Part shown: piece after piece, positions 9,926-19,568 of the stretch
How positions within the stretch are numbered: position 1 is the first letter of the stretch
Layout: every line of letters starts with the position of its first letter
Assembly (NCBI GenBank): GCA_030016635.1
Contig: JASEJQ010000003.1
Span: 8,520-72,519 of the forward strand
DNA: 64,000 bases
DNA from: Thermoanaerobacteraceae bacterium
GTDB lineage: Bacteria > Bacillota > Thermoanaerobacteria > Thermoanaerobacterales > UBA4877
Direction: 5' to 3'
The notes under the pieces: generated by a model
Seen by the model: the letters and a program-made list of their open reading frames with translations, nothing else
Database searches by the model: none
What the model was told of the DNA's origin: nothing
Position numbers and translations under genes: made by a program

Positions 9926-11171
9926 TTCTCCTTCTTTCTCTCCTGGGAAGCTCGTTTGGCTCGAGGCATACCTTATCACTGCCCTTACGAAGAAGCTCTG
10001 CCACACCGTCCGTGGCCTTTTCTTTCTGGCAGTCCTCACAGTTGCAATGGCTCACTTTATCCTCGGGCTCTATATATGTGGAAATGACACCCTCATAGTT
10101 TCTCAAGACGACCTTTGAATCGGACATTGATATGAGATACTGTGGCATTACGGGAATCTTACCCCCACCTCCTGGTGCATCTATCACATAGGTAGGTACA
10201 CAGTATCCAGATGTGTGGCCCCGGAGTCCCTCAATAATCTCAATGCCCTTTGCCACTGAGGTCCTGAAATGGCTTATACCCATAGAGAGGTCGCACTGGT
10301 ATAGATAGTATGGCCTCACTCTCATCTTAACCAGCTCATGTACAAGTCTGGTCTGTATATGGACGCAGTCGTTTACTCCCTTTAGAAGGACTGACTGATT
10401 ACCCAGAGGAATACCTGCATCTGCCAGCATAGCACATGCCCTCTTTGAATCCTCTGTAATCTCCTTATAATGGTTAAAGTGGGTATTCAACCATATAGGA
10501 TGATATTTCTTGAGCATATTAACCAGAGATGGGGTTATCCTCTGAGGGCACACCACTGGTGTCCTGCTTCCTATCCTTATTATCTCCACATGGTCTATCT
10601 CTCTTAGTTTTGCTATGATATATTCTAACCTATCGTCGGAAACCAAGAGGGCATCTCCACCGGAAAGCAGCACGTCCCTCACCTGGGGCGTCTCTCTTAT
10701 ATATTCTATGCATTTATCTATCCTGTCCATTGGCATGGCCTCATCGGTCTGCCCTGCAAACCTTCTTCTGGTGCAGTGGCGGCAGTACATGGAGCACTGG
10801 TCCGTAATGAGGAAAAGAACTCTATCCGGATATCTGTGTGTAAGTCCCGGGACAGGTGAGTCAACATCCTCATTTAATGGGTCTTCCATGTCTCCATGGC
10901 CCTTTACCAGTTCTAACGCTGTAGGCACGGCTTGCTTGCGTATTGGGTCGGCGGGATCATCAGGATCTATAAGGGTAGCATAGTATGGTGTTATGGCCAT
11001 ACGCAGAGTCTTTAAAGTATCTTTTATCCCTTCTTCTTCCTCTGGTGTCAGGTTTACCACATGTTTGAGCTCGTCTAAAGTGGTTATACGGTTTCTAACC
11101 TGCCAGTGCCAGTCGTTCCACTCTTCCTCTGTGACATCCTTCCACAGGTCTATATCCATGTATGAACGCAT
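9912..11171 (-). CDS. kamA: Lysine 2,3-aminomutase (radical SAM)
   Basis: 419 aa with the radical-SAM cluster motif CSMYCRHCTRR and the KamA-family C-terminal region. Confidence 0.95.
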   Translation of the reverse strand: MRSYMDIDLWKDVTEEEWNDWHWQVRNRITTLDELKHVVNLTPEEEEGIKDTLKTLRMAITPYYATLIDPDDPADPIRKQAVPTALELVKGHGDMEDPLNEDVDSPVPGLTHRYPDRVLFLITDQCSMYCRHCTRRRFAGQTDEAMPMDRIDKCIEYIRETPQVRDVLLSGGDALLVSDDRLEYIIAKLREIDHVEIIRIGSRTPVVCPQRITPSLVNMLKKYHPIWLNTHFNHYKEITEDSKRACAMLADAGIPLGNQSVLLKGVNDCVHIQTRLVHELVKMRVRPYYLYQCDLSMGISHFRTSVAKGIEIIEGLRGHTSGYCVPTYVIDAPGGGGKIPVMPQYLISMSDSKVVLRNYEGVISTYIEPEDKVSHCNCEDCQKEKATDGVAELLRKGSDKVCLEPNELPRRERRRNVED

Positions 11172-11226
11172 GAAATTACCTCCCTCTATAAATTAATAAT
11201 GAGATTTGTATTTAACTTATTGAGTA

Positions 11227-11257
11227 TGGCATATAACATCCAAAGGCATCCTTAAAG
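11227..11257 (-). repeat. Solo arm fragment of the repeat family, overlapping the kdd stop codon
   Basis: TGGCATATAACATCCAAAGGCATCCTTAAAG matches the arm of copies E and F (E: GGCATATAACATACAAAGGCAGCCTTAAAG). No core is present. Confidence 0.7.
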
Positions 11258-12283
11258 ATAGAGCTCTTCAAAAATCTTCCTAAGTGTCTCGCTCTCTCTT
11301 AATGTCTGAAGAGCAATCTCTGCATGTCCCTTTGTATAGCCGTTACCTATTATCATGTTTACGTCCTTGCCTACGCCCTCTGCGCCCAGAGCTGCCTTTG
11401 TAAAGCTGGTGGCCATGCTGAAGAAGTATATAAGGCCGTCATCTTTTGTGGCAAGTATGGAGGACATCTCTGTATCTGGCACATTTACACAGTTGATTGT
11501 GATATCAGCCAGACGCCCACCTGTGACCTTTTCCACCATTTTTAGAACCTCGGCTGGTTTTGTCGCATCGCCTTGCAGGACAATATCAGCAAATCCGGCG
11601 TCCTTAAGTCTCTTTAAGCTTTTATCGGAGTGGGCCATGGCTATGACCTTGCCGGTAATGCCTGCTCTTTTTTTGGCCTCGTAACAGACCAAAAGGCCGG
11701 ACTTTCCGCCTGCACCTATCACAAATACTGTGTCCCCAGGTTTTACAAGCTTAGCAGTCTGGGCTGGAGCCCCAGCCACGTCTAAGACAGCTAAGGCAAG
11801 GGTTTCTGGTATATCGTCAGGCAGTTTGGCGTATATGCCGCTCTCAAAGAGAATGGCCTGGCCTTCTATTTCTACCCTGTCCACTTCTTTAACTATCCTC
11901 TTTATTTTATGTATCTTTAGTGGTGTAAGGGATAACGATACCAGAGTGGCAATCTTATCTCCCATCTTAAGGTCTCTATCTACCAGGTCTGGCCCAATCT
12001 TATTCACCCTTCCCAGCAGCATTCCGCCAGAACCGGTGACAGGGTTTTGCATCTTGCCTCTTTCGGAAACTATATCCATTATCCTTTTTGCTATCTTATC
12101 CTCATCTCCCCCGCACTCCTCCTCTATCTGGGTGAAGCTGGCAGAGTCTATGTTTAGATAGTCCACATCAATGAGTATCTCGTTGTCATAGATATCCATG
12201 GTATTGTCTATCTTGAGTGCTGGCTGCGGCAGAGCCCCCTTTGGTTCTATTACCCTGTGCGTGCCGTATTTGTTTCCTTTCAT
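11252..12283 (-). CDS. kdd: L-erythro-3,5-diaminohexanoate dehydrogenase
   Basis: 343 aa with Rossmann motif VIGAGGKSG. First gene of the kam cluster, immediately upstream of kamA. Confidence 0.85.
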   Translation of the reverse strand: MKGNKYGTHRVIEPKGALPQPALKIDNTMDIYDNEILIDVDYLNIDSASFTQIEEECGGDEDKIAKRIMDIVSERGKMQNPVTGSGGMLLGRVNKIGPDLVDRDLKMGDKIATLVSLSLTPLKIHKIKRIVKEVDRVEIEGQAILFESGIYAKLPDDIPETLALAVLDVAGAPAQTAKLVKPGDTVFVIGAGGKSGLLVCYEAKKRAGITGKVIAMAHSDKSLKRLKDAGFADIVLQGDATKPAEVLKMVEKVTGGRLADITINCVNVPDTEMSSILATKDDGLIYFFSMATSFTKAALGAEGVGKDVNMIIGNGYTKGHAEIALQTLRESETLRKIFEELYL

Positions 12284-12375
12284 GTTGTAAGACCTCCTTA
12301 TATTGATTTTTTGTTATAACATTTTCAACATGACATATAACATCTATTTTTATATCTCAAGCCGAATTTATATAA

Positions 12376-12390
12376 GCAAGAATCATGCCA
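12376..12390 (-). promoter_or_regulatory. Sigma-54 (-24/-12) promoter of the kdd-kamA operon
   Basis: The minus strand reads TGGCAT-GATTC-TTGC(TT), matching the TGGCAY-N5-TTGCW consensus. It lies about 95 nt upstream of the kdd ATG and directly downstream of an EBP gene. Confidence 0.85.
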
Positions 12391-12416
12391 GACGTAAAAA
12401 GCCTATATTACAGGCA

Positions 12417-12453
12417 TAAAAAAATAGATGCTGCCCAAAAATAGGCAGTATCT
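12417..12453 (-). terminator. Hairpin plus U-tract at the EBP stop codon (terminator and/or EBP binding palindrome)
   Basis: Minus strand AGATACTGCC-tattttt-GGGCAGCATCT followed by ATTTTTTTAT. A second small hairpin GCCTG-taatat-AGGC plus TTTTT follows at 12401-12415. Confidence 0.65.
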
Positions 12454-13789
12454 ATTTCATACTGTATTTCTTTATTTTATTTTGAAGCGTCTGACGTGGT
12501 ATTTTAAGGAGCCGGGCCGCTCTGGATATATTGCCTCCGGCTGTATCAAGGGCTTCTCTTATTATCCGTTTTTCCTCTGATGCCAGCCTCTCATCAAGGG
12601 AAGCCAGGCCACTATCCTCATTTACCTTGAAGTATGGCGGCAGGTCTGAAATGGTGATATAATCACCGTTCATAAGGTTCATGCTGCCTTCTATCACATG
12701 CATTAGCTCCCGTACATTGCCAGGCCATGAATAGGTCAGAAAGAAGTCCTCCACTTCCGGGGCCAGGCCCTTGACATTTGTCCCCCAGCTTCTGTTAAGC
12801 TTATCTATATAAAATCTGGCAATGTAGAGTATATCCTCGCGCCTCTCCCTTAAAGGAGGTATATACAAAGTTACTGTATTCAACCTGTAGAAAAGGTCCC
12901 GCCTCATACGTCCCTCTTTCAGGACTGACTCAGGATTCTCATTCATGGATGCCATAATCCTGACATCAGTTCTTGTGAGCTTCACACTGCCCACACGCCT
13001 CACAGCGCCATCCTGCAGCACCCTCAGGAGTTTTACCTGTAGCTCTAACGGCATGGCATTTATCTCATCTAAGAGCAGCGTACCACCATCGGCCACCTCA
13101 AAAAGGCCAGGCCGGTCGTCCGCTCCTGTAAAGCTTCCTTTCACCGTGCCAAAAAGTATGCTCTCCAAAAGATTTGAAGGCAGGGCAGCACAGTTTTGAG
13201 CAATGAATGGCCCATTCTTCCTTGGCGACAGGTTGTGGATAGCCTGGATAAACATCTCCTTGCCTGTACCTGTCTCCCCATAAACCAGCACGCTGGAACT
13301 GGTCTTTGCTATCTTTACCGCTTTCTCCTTGACATCGTTTATCTCTCTGCTTACACCTATTATGTCATCGAGGGTGAACTCTGCGCCCTCTACAGTCCTT
13401 CCCCTGCCCTTGTGATACAGCCTGGCCTCCAACTCCAGTATCCTTTCAGAAAGATTTTTTATACGAGTGATATCCTGAGATACCTCTACCGCTCCTCCCG
13501 TGCTCAAAAGAGGATAACTGGAATTTACTGTAGTAATCTTTCTCCCCTTATAATTGATAAAGGACTGCTGTATATTTAAGACAGGCTGACCGGTCTTTAA
13601 TACCTGCAAGAGGGTGCTCTCATTCTCTTTTAGAGATGGATATACCTCCAAAAGGTGCTTACCCAGTACCTCCTCCCTGTCAAGCCCCTCCATATCTATT
13701 AACACCTGATTTATATATATAATCCTTCCATCCCTGTCTATTATCTGGACACCCTCATCCAGGTTGTCCAGGACCTCTCCCAGATCCAT
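12452..13789 (-). CDS. Sigma-54-dependent transcriptional activator (PAS - AAA+ - Fis-type HTH)
   Basis: Walker A GETGTGKE, GSFTGA (GAFTGA-loop variant), ESILFG, C-terminal HTH GGNISRAARLLKIPRQTLQNKIKKY. Confidence 0.9.
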   Translation of the reverse strand: MDLGEVLDNLDEGVQIIDRDGRIIYINQVLIDMEGLDREEVLGKHLLEVYPSLKENESTLLQVLKTGQPVLNIQQSFINYKGRKITTVNSSYPLLSTGGAVEVSQDITRIKNLSERILELEARLYHKGRGRTVEGAEFTLDDIIGVSREINDVKEKAVKIAKTSSSVLVYGETGTGKEMFIQAIHNLSPRKNGPFIAQNCAALPSNLLESILFGTVKGSFTGADDRPGLFEVADGGTLLLDEINAMPLELQVKLLRVLQDGAVRRVGSVKLTRTDVRIMASMNENPESVLKEGRMRRDLFYRLNTVTLYIPPLRERREDILYIARFYIDKLNRSWGTNVKGLAPEVEDFFLTYSWPGNVRELMHVIEGSMNLMNGDYITISDLPPYFKVNEDSGLASLDERLASEEKRIIREALDTAGGNISRAARLLKIPRQTLQNKIKKYSMK

Positions 13790-13847
13790 AATATCACCTG
13801 CTCAATTTTAGGCACTTAAGCCCGTTTTTGGGCTATTTGAGTCAGTT

Positions 13848-15530
13848 TTACATCTTTTCCGGTGCCCCGACACCCAGCACGCTTAGTGCATTGGCCAGTA
13901 CCTTCTTTGTGCTGTCAATCAAAACCAATCTGGCTTTCATTACACCCTCTTCCTCGCCTATCACCCTGCACTCAGTGTAGAAGGAGTGGAAAAGTGTGGC
14001 CAGATCCATGGCATAGTGTGTAAGTCTGTATGGTTCCAGTCTTAATGCGGCCTGGCCTATTTCCTCCGGATAGGAGGCCAGCTTTTCCATAAGGTCAAAC
14101 TCCACATTTTTATTCAGATGATTCAGTTCTACATCGGCTATATCCGGCACATTTATGCCTATAGATGAGGCATTTCTAAGTATGCTGCATATCCTGGCAT
14201 GCGCATACTGGGCATAAAACACGGGGTTTTCACTGCTTTCCTTAATGGCCAAGTCCATGTCAAATTCGAACTGAGAGTCGGCAGACCTCATGTTGAATAA
14301 AAACCTTACCGCGTCTTTGCCTACTGCATCTACCAGGTCACGCAGGGTAACCATGTTGCCCTTCCTCTTGGACATCCTGGCAAACTCACCGCCCATCTTG
14401 AGCCTGACCAGCTGCATAAGTATAACTGTAAGCCTATCAGGACTGATCCCCAGGGCCTCCATGGCGGCCTTCATCCTGCCCACATGCCCGGCGTGGTCTG
14501 CACCCCAGATATCAATCACCCTGTCAAAGCCCCTCTTTATGAACTTATTCCTGTGGTATGCTATGTCAGAAGCAAAATATGTAGGTATGCCGTTTGCCCT
14601 CACCAGCACATCGTCCTTATCGGCGCCAAACTCTGTCGCTTTGAACCAGACTGCGCCATCCTTCTCATATGTATGGCCATTTTTCTTGAGCTCCTCTATC
14701 ACGGCATTGACCTCGCCGCTTTCGTATAGCGAGCTCTCTCTAAACCAGACATCATAATGGATGCCATATGCCTCCAGGTCTTTCTTCATCCTTTCGATAT
14801 TTTTCTCCAGCGCCCATTCCCTTAGTACAAGCTGCCTCTCGTCAGAGCTCATAGAAAGGCATCCTTCCCCATTATCCTCTATATACTCCTTCATAAGCTC
14901 AACAAGGTCCTCACCATGATACCCATCCTGTGGAACGGCAGCATCCTGTCCTAATAACTGCAGGTACCTTGCCTCCAGAGATGCTCCAAACTTTTCTACC
15001 TGATTTCCTGCATCATTTATGTAAAATTCCCTTTCCACATAATATCCTGCTTTTTTCAGTACAGAGGCAAGCACATCGCCTATTGCCCCGCCCCTTGCAT
15101 TTCCGAGATGCATAGGCCCTGTCGGATTGGCAGAGACAAACTCAATCTGAATTTTCTGGTCTTTTCCTATGTCAAGGTTTCCATAGTCTTCTTCCATGGC
15201 ATTGATTTCCTTAAGCACATTATAAAGCCAGGTCCTGTCAAGTTTAAAGTTTATAAACCCTGGTCCTGCTATCTCGATAGAAGCTATATATTTCGTCAAA
15301 GGAAAATTTGACTTTATAAGCTCAGCCAGTTCCCTGGGCTTTTTGCCAAAAAGTTTGGATGAGGTCATGGCCACATTTGTAGCATAATCGCCAAAGCTCC
15401 TATCCTTTGGTACTTCCAGCTCAGGCATCGGCATATCATATGGATTTACTCCGGTCTCCGCGGCTATCTTCTCCAATGACGCCTTGATACCATCTTTAAT
15501 ATCCTTCTGTATCTTGAAAATACTGTACAT
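13848..15530 (-). CDS. argS: Arginine--tRNA ligase
   Basis: 560 aa, class I HIGH-type motif PTGPMHLGNARG and a KMSK-like MSKRKG. Confidence 0.95.
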   Translation of the reverse strand: MYSIFKIQKDIKDGIKASLEKIAAETGVNPYDMPMPELEVPKDRSFGDYATNVAMTSSKLFGKKPRELAELIKSNFPLTKYIASIEIAGPGFINFKLDRTWLYNVLKEINAMEEDYGNLDIGKDQKIQIEFVSANPTGPMHLGNARGGAIGDVLASVLKKAGYYVEREFYINDAGNQVEKFGASLEARYLQLLGQDAAVPQDGYHGEDLVELMKEYIEDNGEGCLSMSSDERQLVLREWALEKNIERMKKDLEAYGIHYDVWFRESSLYESGEVNAVIEELKKNGHTYEKDGAVWFKATEFGADKDDVLVRANGIPTYFASDIAYHRNKFIKRGFDRVIDIWGADHAGHVGRMKAAMEALGISPDRLTVILMQLVRLKMGGEFARMSKRKGNMVTLRDLVDAVGKDAVRFLFNMRSADSQFEFDMDLAIKESSENPVFYAQYAHARICSILRNASSIGINVPDIADVELNHLNKNVEFDLMEKLASYPEEIGQAALRLEPYRLTHYAMDLATLFHSFYTECRVIGEEEGVMKARLVLIDSTKKVLANALSVLGVGAPEKM

Positions 15531-15934
15531 CAGTTAACCTCCCTTATGGTCAATTTCAATTCATTGGTGCTTATATAGCTGTCATTCAGTATAAGATGAT
15601 ACCGTAAGTCTATCTCCCCACCTGTACTTTGTAAATCTATGTACATTTTCTTTCCAATCACACCCAGGTCAAAGACCCCGTCAGAGGTTATGTATGGGCT
15701 TACATTCTTCTTATCCCTTTCAAACACCAGCTTAGAATTGTACTTCCCGCTGCTGAACACTACCACCCTATCCCTCTCAATTTTCAGTGTGATAATGGTA
15801 TCTACGCCACTTTTGTAAACTATATAGTAGTTGCCCCTGTTCTTAAAAAGTTCAGCCTCCGTAATGAGTTCAACGGTTTCTTCACCATTGGGTGAGATTT
15901 GAATACCTTTGGCCTTTACCCACGCCTTTGTCAT
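15530..15934 (-). CDS. DUF1934 (YwiB-like) beta-barrel protein
   Basis: 134-aa ORF overlapping the argS start by 1 nt. This is the usual Firmicute ywiB-argS arrangement. Confidence 0.75.
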   Translation of the reverse strand: MTKAWVKAKGIQISPNGEETVELITEAELFKNRGNYYIVYKSGVDTIITLKIERDRVVVFSSGKYNSKLVFERDKKNVSPYITSDGVFDLGVIGKKMYIDLQSTGGEIDLRYHLILNDSYISTNELKLTIREVN

Positions 15935-16189
15935 TAAACCTCCCCCTTAACGTCTTTTTAATTAGATTATAGCACTTCTTTATGCAGGAGGATAATTGTT
16001 TATTTTACCTCACATTCTACCCTTTTCTATATAATATAACCCCATCCAGTCAAAAATAATATCCTGTATATAATACCATATCACCGGTAAAATTTCTATG
16101 ACCTAATAATTTTTCATTTTTATGTTTTAAATATGCATATGTTGGTATATAATATTAATAGAATATGTATTATGTGGAGGTAAATAATT

Positions 16190-16384
16190 ATGTTATCACC
16201 TCTATATTATTCGCTTTATATGCAGAATGAAAGCCTGAATGGCGCAAGAAACCTGCCATCATGCTGTACCTTTTGCGGGTATATGGCCAGGCCGTCATCT
16301 TCAGGTATGACATGCAGGGATTGTTCAGCTAATTATAATTATAAAAAAGCAGGGCCTATGACCCCACTTAAGATTATACTGTAA
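16190..16384 (+). CDS. Possible small Cys-rich protein (64 aa), unverified
   Basis: GGAGG lies 9 nt upstream of the ATG and a TATAAT-like box sits about 35 nt upstream. Contains CCxxC...CxxC. The ORF overlaps the arcC 3' end and its probable terminator, so it may be spurious. Confidence 0.25.
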   Translation: MLSPLYYSLYMQNESLNGARNLPSCCTFCGYMARPSSSGMTCRDCSANYNYKKAGPMTPLKIIL

Positions 16385-17318
16385 TTACAGTACCTGTCTT
16401 TCCTTCCATTGCTTCTTCTGCCTTCTCCAGAGAGGTTATTATAGCTTTGCGGTATGACCTGGATTTTGCAAATATCACAGCAGCCTGAACCTTCGGCAGC
16501 ATAGATCCAGGGGTAAATTGTCCCTCATTTATGTATTTCTCAGCTTCTTCAACACTCATATGGTCCAGGTCTTTTTGATTAGGTCTTTTGTAATTTATTG
16601 ACACCTTCTCCACAGCGGTCAGTATCAATAAAATATCTGCATCTATAAGTTCAGCCAGTTTTTCTGATGCCAGGTCTTTATCAATAACCGCTGCCACACC
16701 CTTAAGGCCGTCCTCATCCTCTATGACAGGCACTCCACCACCGCCACATGATATAACCACATGGCCGGCTTTTGTAAGAGTCCTTATTATATCATCTTCT
16801 ACTATCTTTTTGGGCATCGGCGATGGTACAACTCTCCTGTAACCCCTGCCCGCATCCTCTTTCATTATGTATCCATTTTCCTTAGCCAATTTCTCTGCAT
16901 CTTCCTTAGTAAAGAAAGACCCAATAGGCTTAGTTGGATTTAAAAATGCTGGATCTTCCTTATCCACAACTACCTGAGTGATGACTGTAGCAATAGATTT
17001 GTTAAGACCGCTTTTCCTCATCTCATCACCTATGGCCTGCTGGAGATGGTAGCCTATATATCCCTGGCTCATACTCCCACATTCAGGAAGCGGCATAACA
17101 GGATTGCCTGTTACCTTTGATGCAGTCTCATAGGTAGCTATTATCTGACCCACCTGCGGTCCGTTTCCGTGGGACACAATAACCTGATGCCCTTCTCTTA
17201 TAAGCCTTACAATAGCTCTGGCAGTAAGTCTGCTGGAGTCAAGCTGTCCCTCTGCCGATATATCCTTTGGGTCTGCCTGGAGGGCATTGCCCCCCAGTGC
17301 AACAACTATTCTCGCCAT
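16374..17318 (-). CDS. arcC: Carbamate kinase
   Basis: 314 aa starting MARIVVALGGNAL. Amino-acid kinase family, adjacent to arcB and arcA. Confidence 0.95.
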   Translation of the reverse strand: MARIVVALGGNALQADPKDISAEGQLDSSRLTARAIVRLIREGHQVIVSHGNGPQVGQIIATYETASKVTGNPVMPLPECGSMSQGYIGYHLQQAIGDEMRKSGLNKSIATVITQVVVDKEDPAFLNPTKPIGSFFTKEDAEKLAKENGYIMKEDAGRGYRRVVPSPMPKKIVEDDIIRTLTKAGHVVISCGGGGVPVIEDEDGLKGVAAVIDKDLASEKLAELIDADILLILTAVEKVSINYKRPNQKDLDHMSVEEAEKYINEGQFTPGSMLPKVQAAVIFAKSRSYRKAIITSLEKAEEAMEGKTGTVITV

Positions 17319-17336
17319 AATTTTCCCCCTTATCCT

Positions 17337-18311
17337 CTATGCCAATGTCGCAACCATAACAGCTTTTATTGTATGCATTCTATTCTCAGCCTGGTCGAAT
17401 ACTTTTGAATATTTGCTTTCAAATACCTCGTCAGTAACCTCCATAGCACCATAGTTCTTTGACATATCAGTATCATAATTGTGTATGGCAGGCAGGCAGT
17501 GCAGGAAAATTACGTCCTCTTTGCCAGTAGCCCTTATTAAATCCATATTTACCTGATATGGCTTTAACTGTTCTATCCTCTCCTGCAGTTTACTTTCTTC
17601 ACCCATGGATGCCCATACGTCGGTATATATGACATCAGAATCTTTAACCGCAGCCTTTGGGTCCTCTATAAGCTCTATAACAGCTCCTGTATTATTCGCT
17701 ATCTCCTTAGCTTTCTCCACCACAGAGTTCTCCGGCCATAGGGCCTTTGGCGCCCCAGCTACAAAATGCATGCCCATTACAGCGCAACCCAACATAAGAG
17801 AATTCCCCATGTTATTCCTAGCATCACCCATATATGTAAGTTTTATTCCTTTCAAATGGCCAAAATGCTCTTTTATTGTTAGAAAGTCAGCTAAAATCTG
17901 TGTTGGGTGTGAATAGTCAGTAAGCCCATTCCATACAGGTACACCGGCATATTTCGCCAGTGTTTCCACTGTTTCCTGCTTAAAACCCCTGAACTCTATA
18001 CCATCAAACATCCTTCCCAGCACCCGTGCAGTATCGGCTACTGTCTCTTTCTTGCCAAGCTGTATGTCGTCTTTGCCGAGATACTCTGGATGAGCTCCCT
18101 CATCTATGCAGGCTACTACAAAGGCACACCTTGTCCTGGTTGATGGCTTTTCAAATAAAAGAGCTATATTCTTTCCTTCTAATAGATTGCCCTTTATACC
18201 AGCCTTTTTTTTGGCTTTTAAAGTTGCAGACAGGTCTAAAAGATATTCCATTTCCTCCTTTGTAAGCTGTTCAACTGTTAAAAGTGATTTACCTCTCATG
18301 TTTACAGGCAT
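17337..18311 (-). CDS. arcB: Ornithine carbamoyltransferase (catabolic context)
   Basis: Motifs STRTR, HPTQ and HCLP; 324 aa. Confidence 0.95.
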   Translation of the reverse strand: MPVNMRGKSLLTVEQLTKEEMEYLLDLSATLKAKKKAGIKGNLLEGKNIALLFEKPSTRTRCAFVVACIDEGAHPEYLGKDDIQLGKKETVADTARVLGRMFDGIEFRGFKQETVETLAKYAGVPVWNGLTDYSHPTQILADFLTIKEHFGHLKGIKLTYMGDARNNMGNSLMLGCAVMGMHFVAGAPKALWPENSVVEKAKEIANNTGAVIELIEDPKAAVKDSDVIYTDVWASMGEESKLQERIEQLKPYQVNMDLIRATGKEDVIFLHCLPAIHNYDTDMSKNYGAMEVTDEVFESKYSKVFDQAENRMHTIKAVMVATLA

Positions 18312-18350
18312 TTAAATTCCTCCTTTAAAATTTTTATTTTAGCTTTAATG

Positions 18351-19568
18351 TTACCATGAAACAGACTCCCTTAGCAAAGGCATGCTCATACATCTTGGGC
18401 CTCCACGTCCCCTGGAAAGCTCTGAACTTGGTATAGTAATTACTTTTATGCCATTTTCTCTCAAGGCCCGGTTAGTTATATAATTCCTATCGTAGGTAAC
18501 AACCACGCCGGGGGCAATTGCCAGGGTGTTTGACCCATCATTCCACTGTTCTCTGCCCGAAGCTATTTTGTCACCATCTCCGCATTTTATAAGCTGAACC
18601 GATGATAGTCCCAACGATTCTTTCAATATATCATTTAGTGGCATTGCCTTATGCTCTATGTTTATATCATCCCCTGCACCCTTGGAAATTTCATATATGC
18701 TCAAAGGACCTTCTACTCCAGGATGAATGGTAAACTTATCATAATCAACCATTGTAAATACAGTATCCAGATGCATAAATGCTCTTGATTTTGGTATCTC
18801 AAACACAAGCACCTTTTCAAACGCTGATGCTTTAAATAGATTGCGCGCTGTTATCTCTATAGCCTGAGGCGTTGTCCTCTCGCTGCACCCAATTGCCACT
18901 ATCTTATCATTAAGTACCAGCTCATCTCCTCCCTCAATGCTAAATGGAATTGATCTATCATACCATATTTCCGGTTTATCCTTTTTAAACATAGGATGGT
19001 ATTCATATATATACTCTATAAAAAGGCTTTCTCTTCTCCTTGCTGCTGTAGCCATCCTGTTTATTGTAAGCCCCTTGCCTATGCATGCAGCTGGATCTCT
19101 CGTAAAATATAGATTCGGCATAGGATCTATATAGAAGGGATAATCATCTTCAATAATCCCTGCCAGTGTATAGTACCTCTTTACCTCAATCTCATCTTTT
19201 CTTACGCCCGACATGAACTTTAAAACCATATCTTTAGGACTCATACTTAAAAAAAACTCTTTTAAAGACTCTTTCAGTCCTTCCGAAGTCACGCCGCTTT
19301 CTTCAAAAAATTGGTCTAAAAATTTTTGAACTACATCAGTTTCATTAAGTATATCTGAAAACAGGTCCTCTATATATAATACCTCTGCTCCATTTTCCTT
19401 AAGTACAGAGGCAAATACATCATGCTCTCTCTGGGCAATTTCGAGGTATGGTATATCATCGAAAAGCAATTTGACAAGGTATTCCGGTATAAGGTTCTCC
19501 AACTCGCCATTTGGCCTATGCAAGAGCACCTTTTTAAGTTTTCCTATCTCCGAATTGATCTCTATCAT
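18351..19568 (-). CDS. arcA: Arginine deiminase
   Basis: Start moved to [19 protein letters not shown] (GGAGGG 6 nt upstream). The catalytic Cys lies in the C-terminal [10 protein letters not shown]. Confidence 0.95.
   Translation of the reverse strand: MIEINSEIGKLKKVLLHRPNGELENLIPEYLVKLLFDDIPYLEIAQREHDVFASVLKENGAEVLYIEDLFSDILNETDVVQKFLDQFFEESGVTSEGLKESLKEFFLSMSPKDMVLKFMSGVRKDEIEVKRYYTLAGIIEDDYPFYIDPMPNLYFTRDPAACIGKGLTINRMATAARRRESLFIEYIYEYHPMFKKDKPEIWYDRSIPFSIEGGDELVLNDKIVAIGCSERTTPQAIEITARNLFKASAFEKVLVFEIPKSRAFMHLDTVFTMVDYDKFTIHPGVEGPLSIYEISKGAGDDINIEHKAMPLNDILKESLGLSSVQLIKCGDGDKIASGREQWNDGSNTLAIAPGVVVTYDRNYITNRALRENGIKVITIPSSELSRGRGGPRCMSMPLLRESVSW

Noticed and set aside
13819-13834. Hairpin AGCCC-gtttt-TGGGCT as the argS terminator.
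   Set aside because: The stem is short and no U-tract follows it on the minus strand, so it is too weak to annotate.
15935-16189. T-box leader upstream of the DUF1934-argS unit.
   Set aside because: I looked for the conserved T-box sequence (AANNNGGGTGGTACCGCG) and a specifier or antiterminator arrangement on the minus strand. Neither is present, and the region is simply AT-rich promoter DNA.
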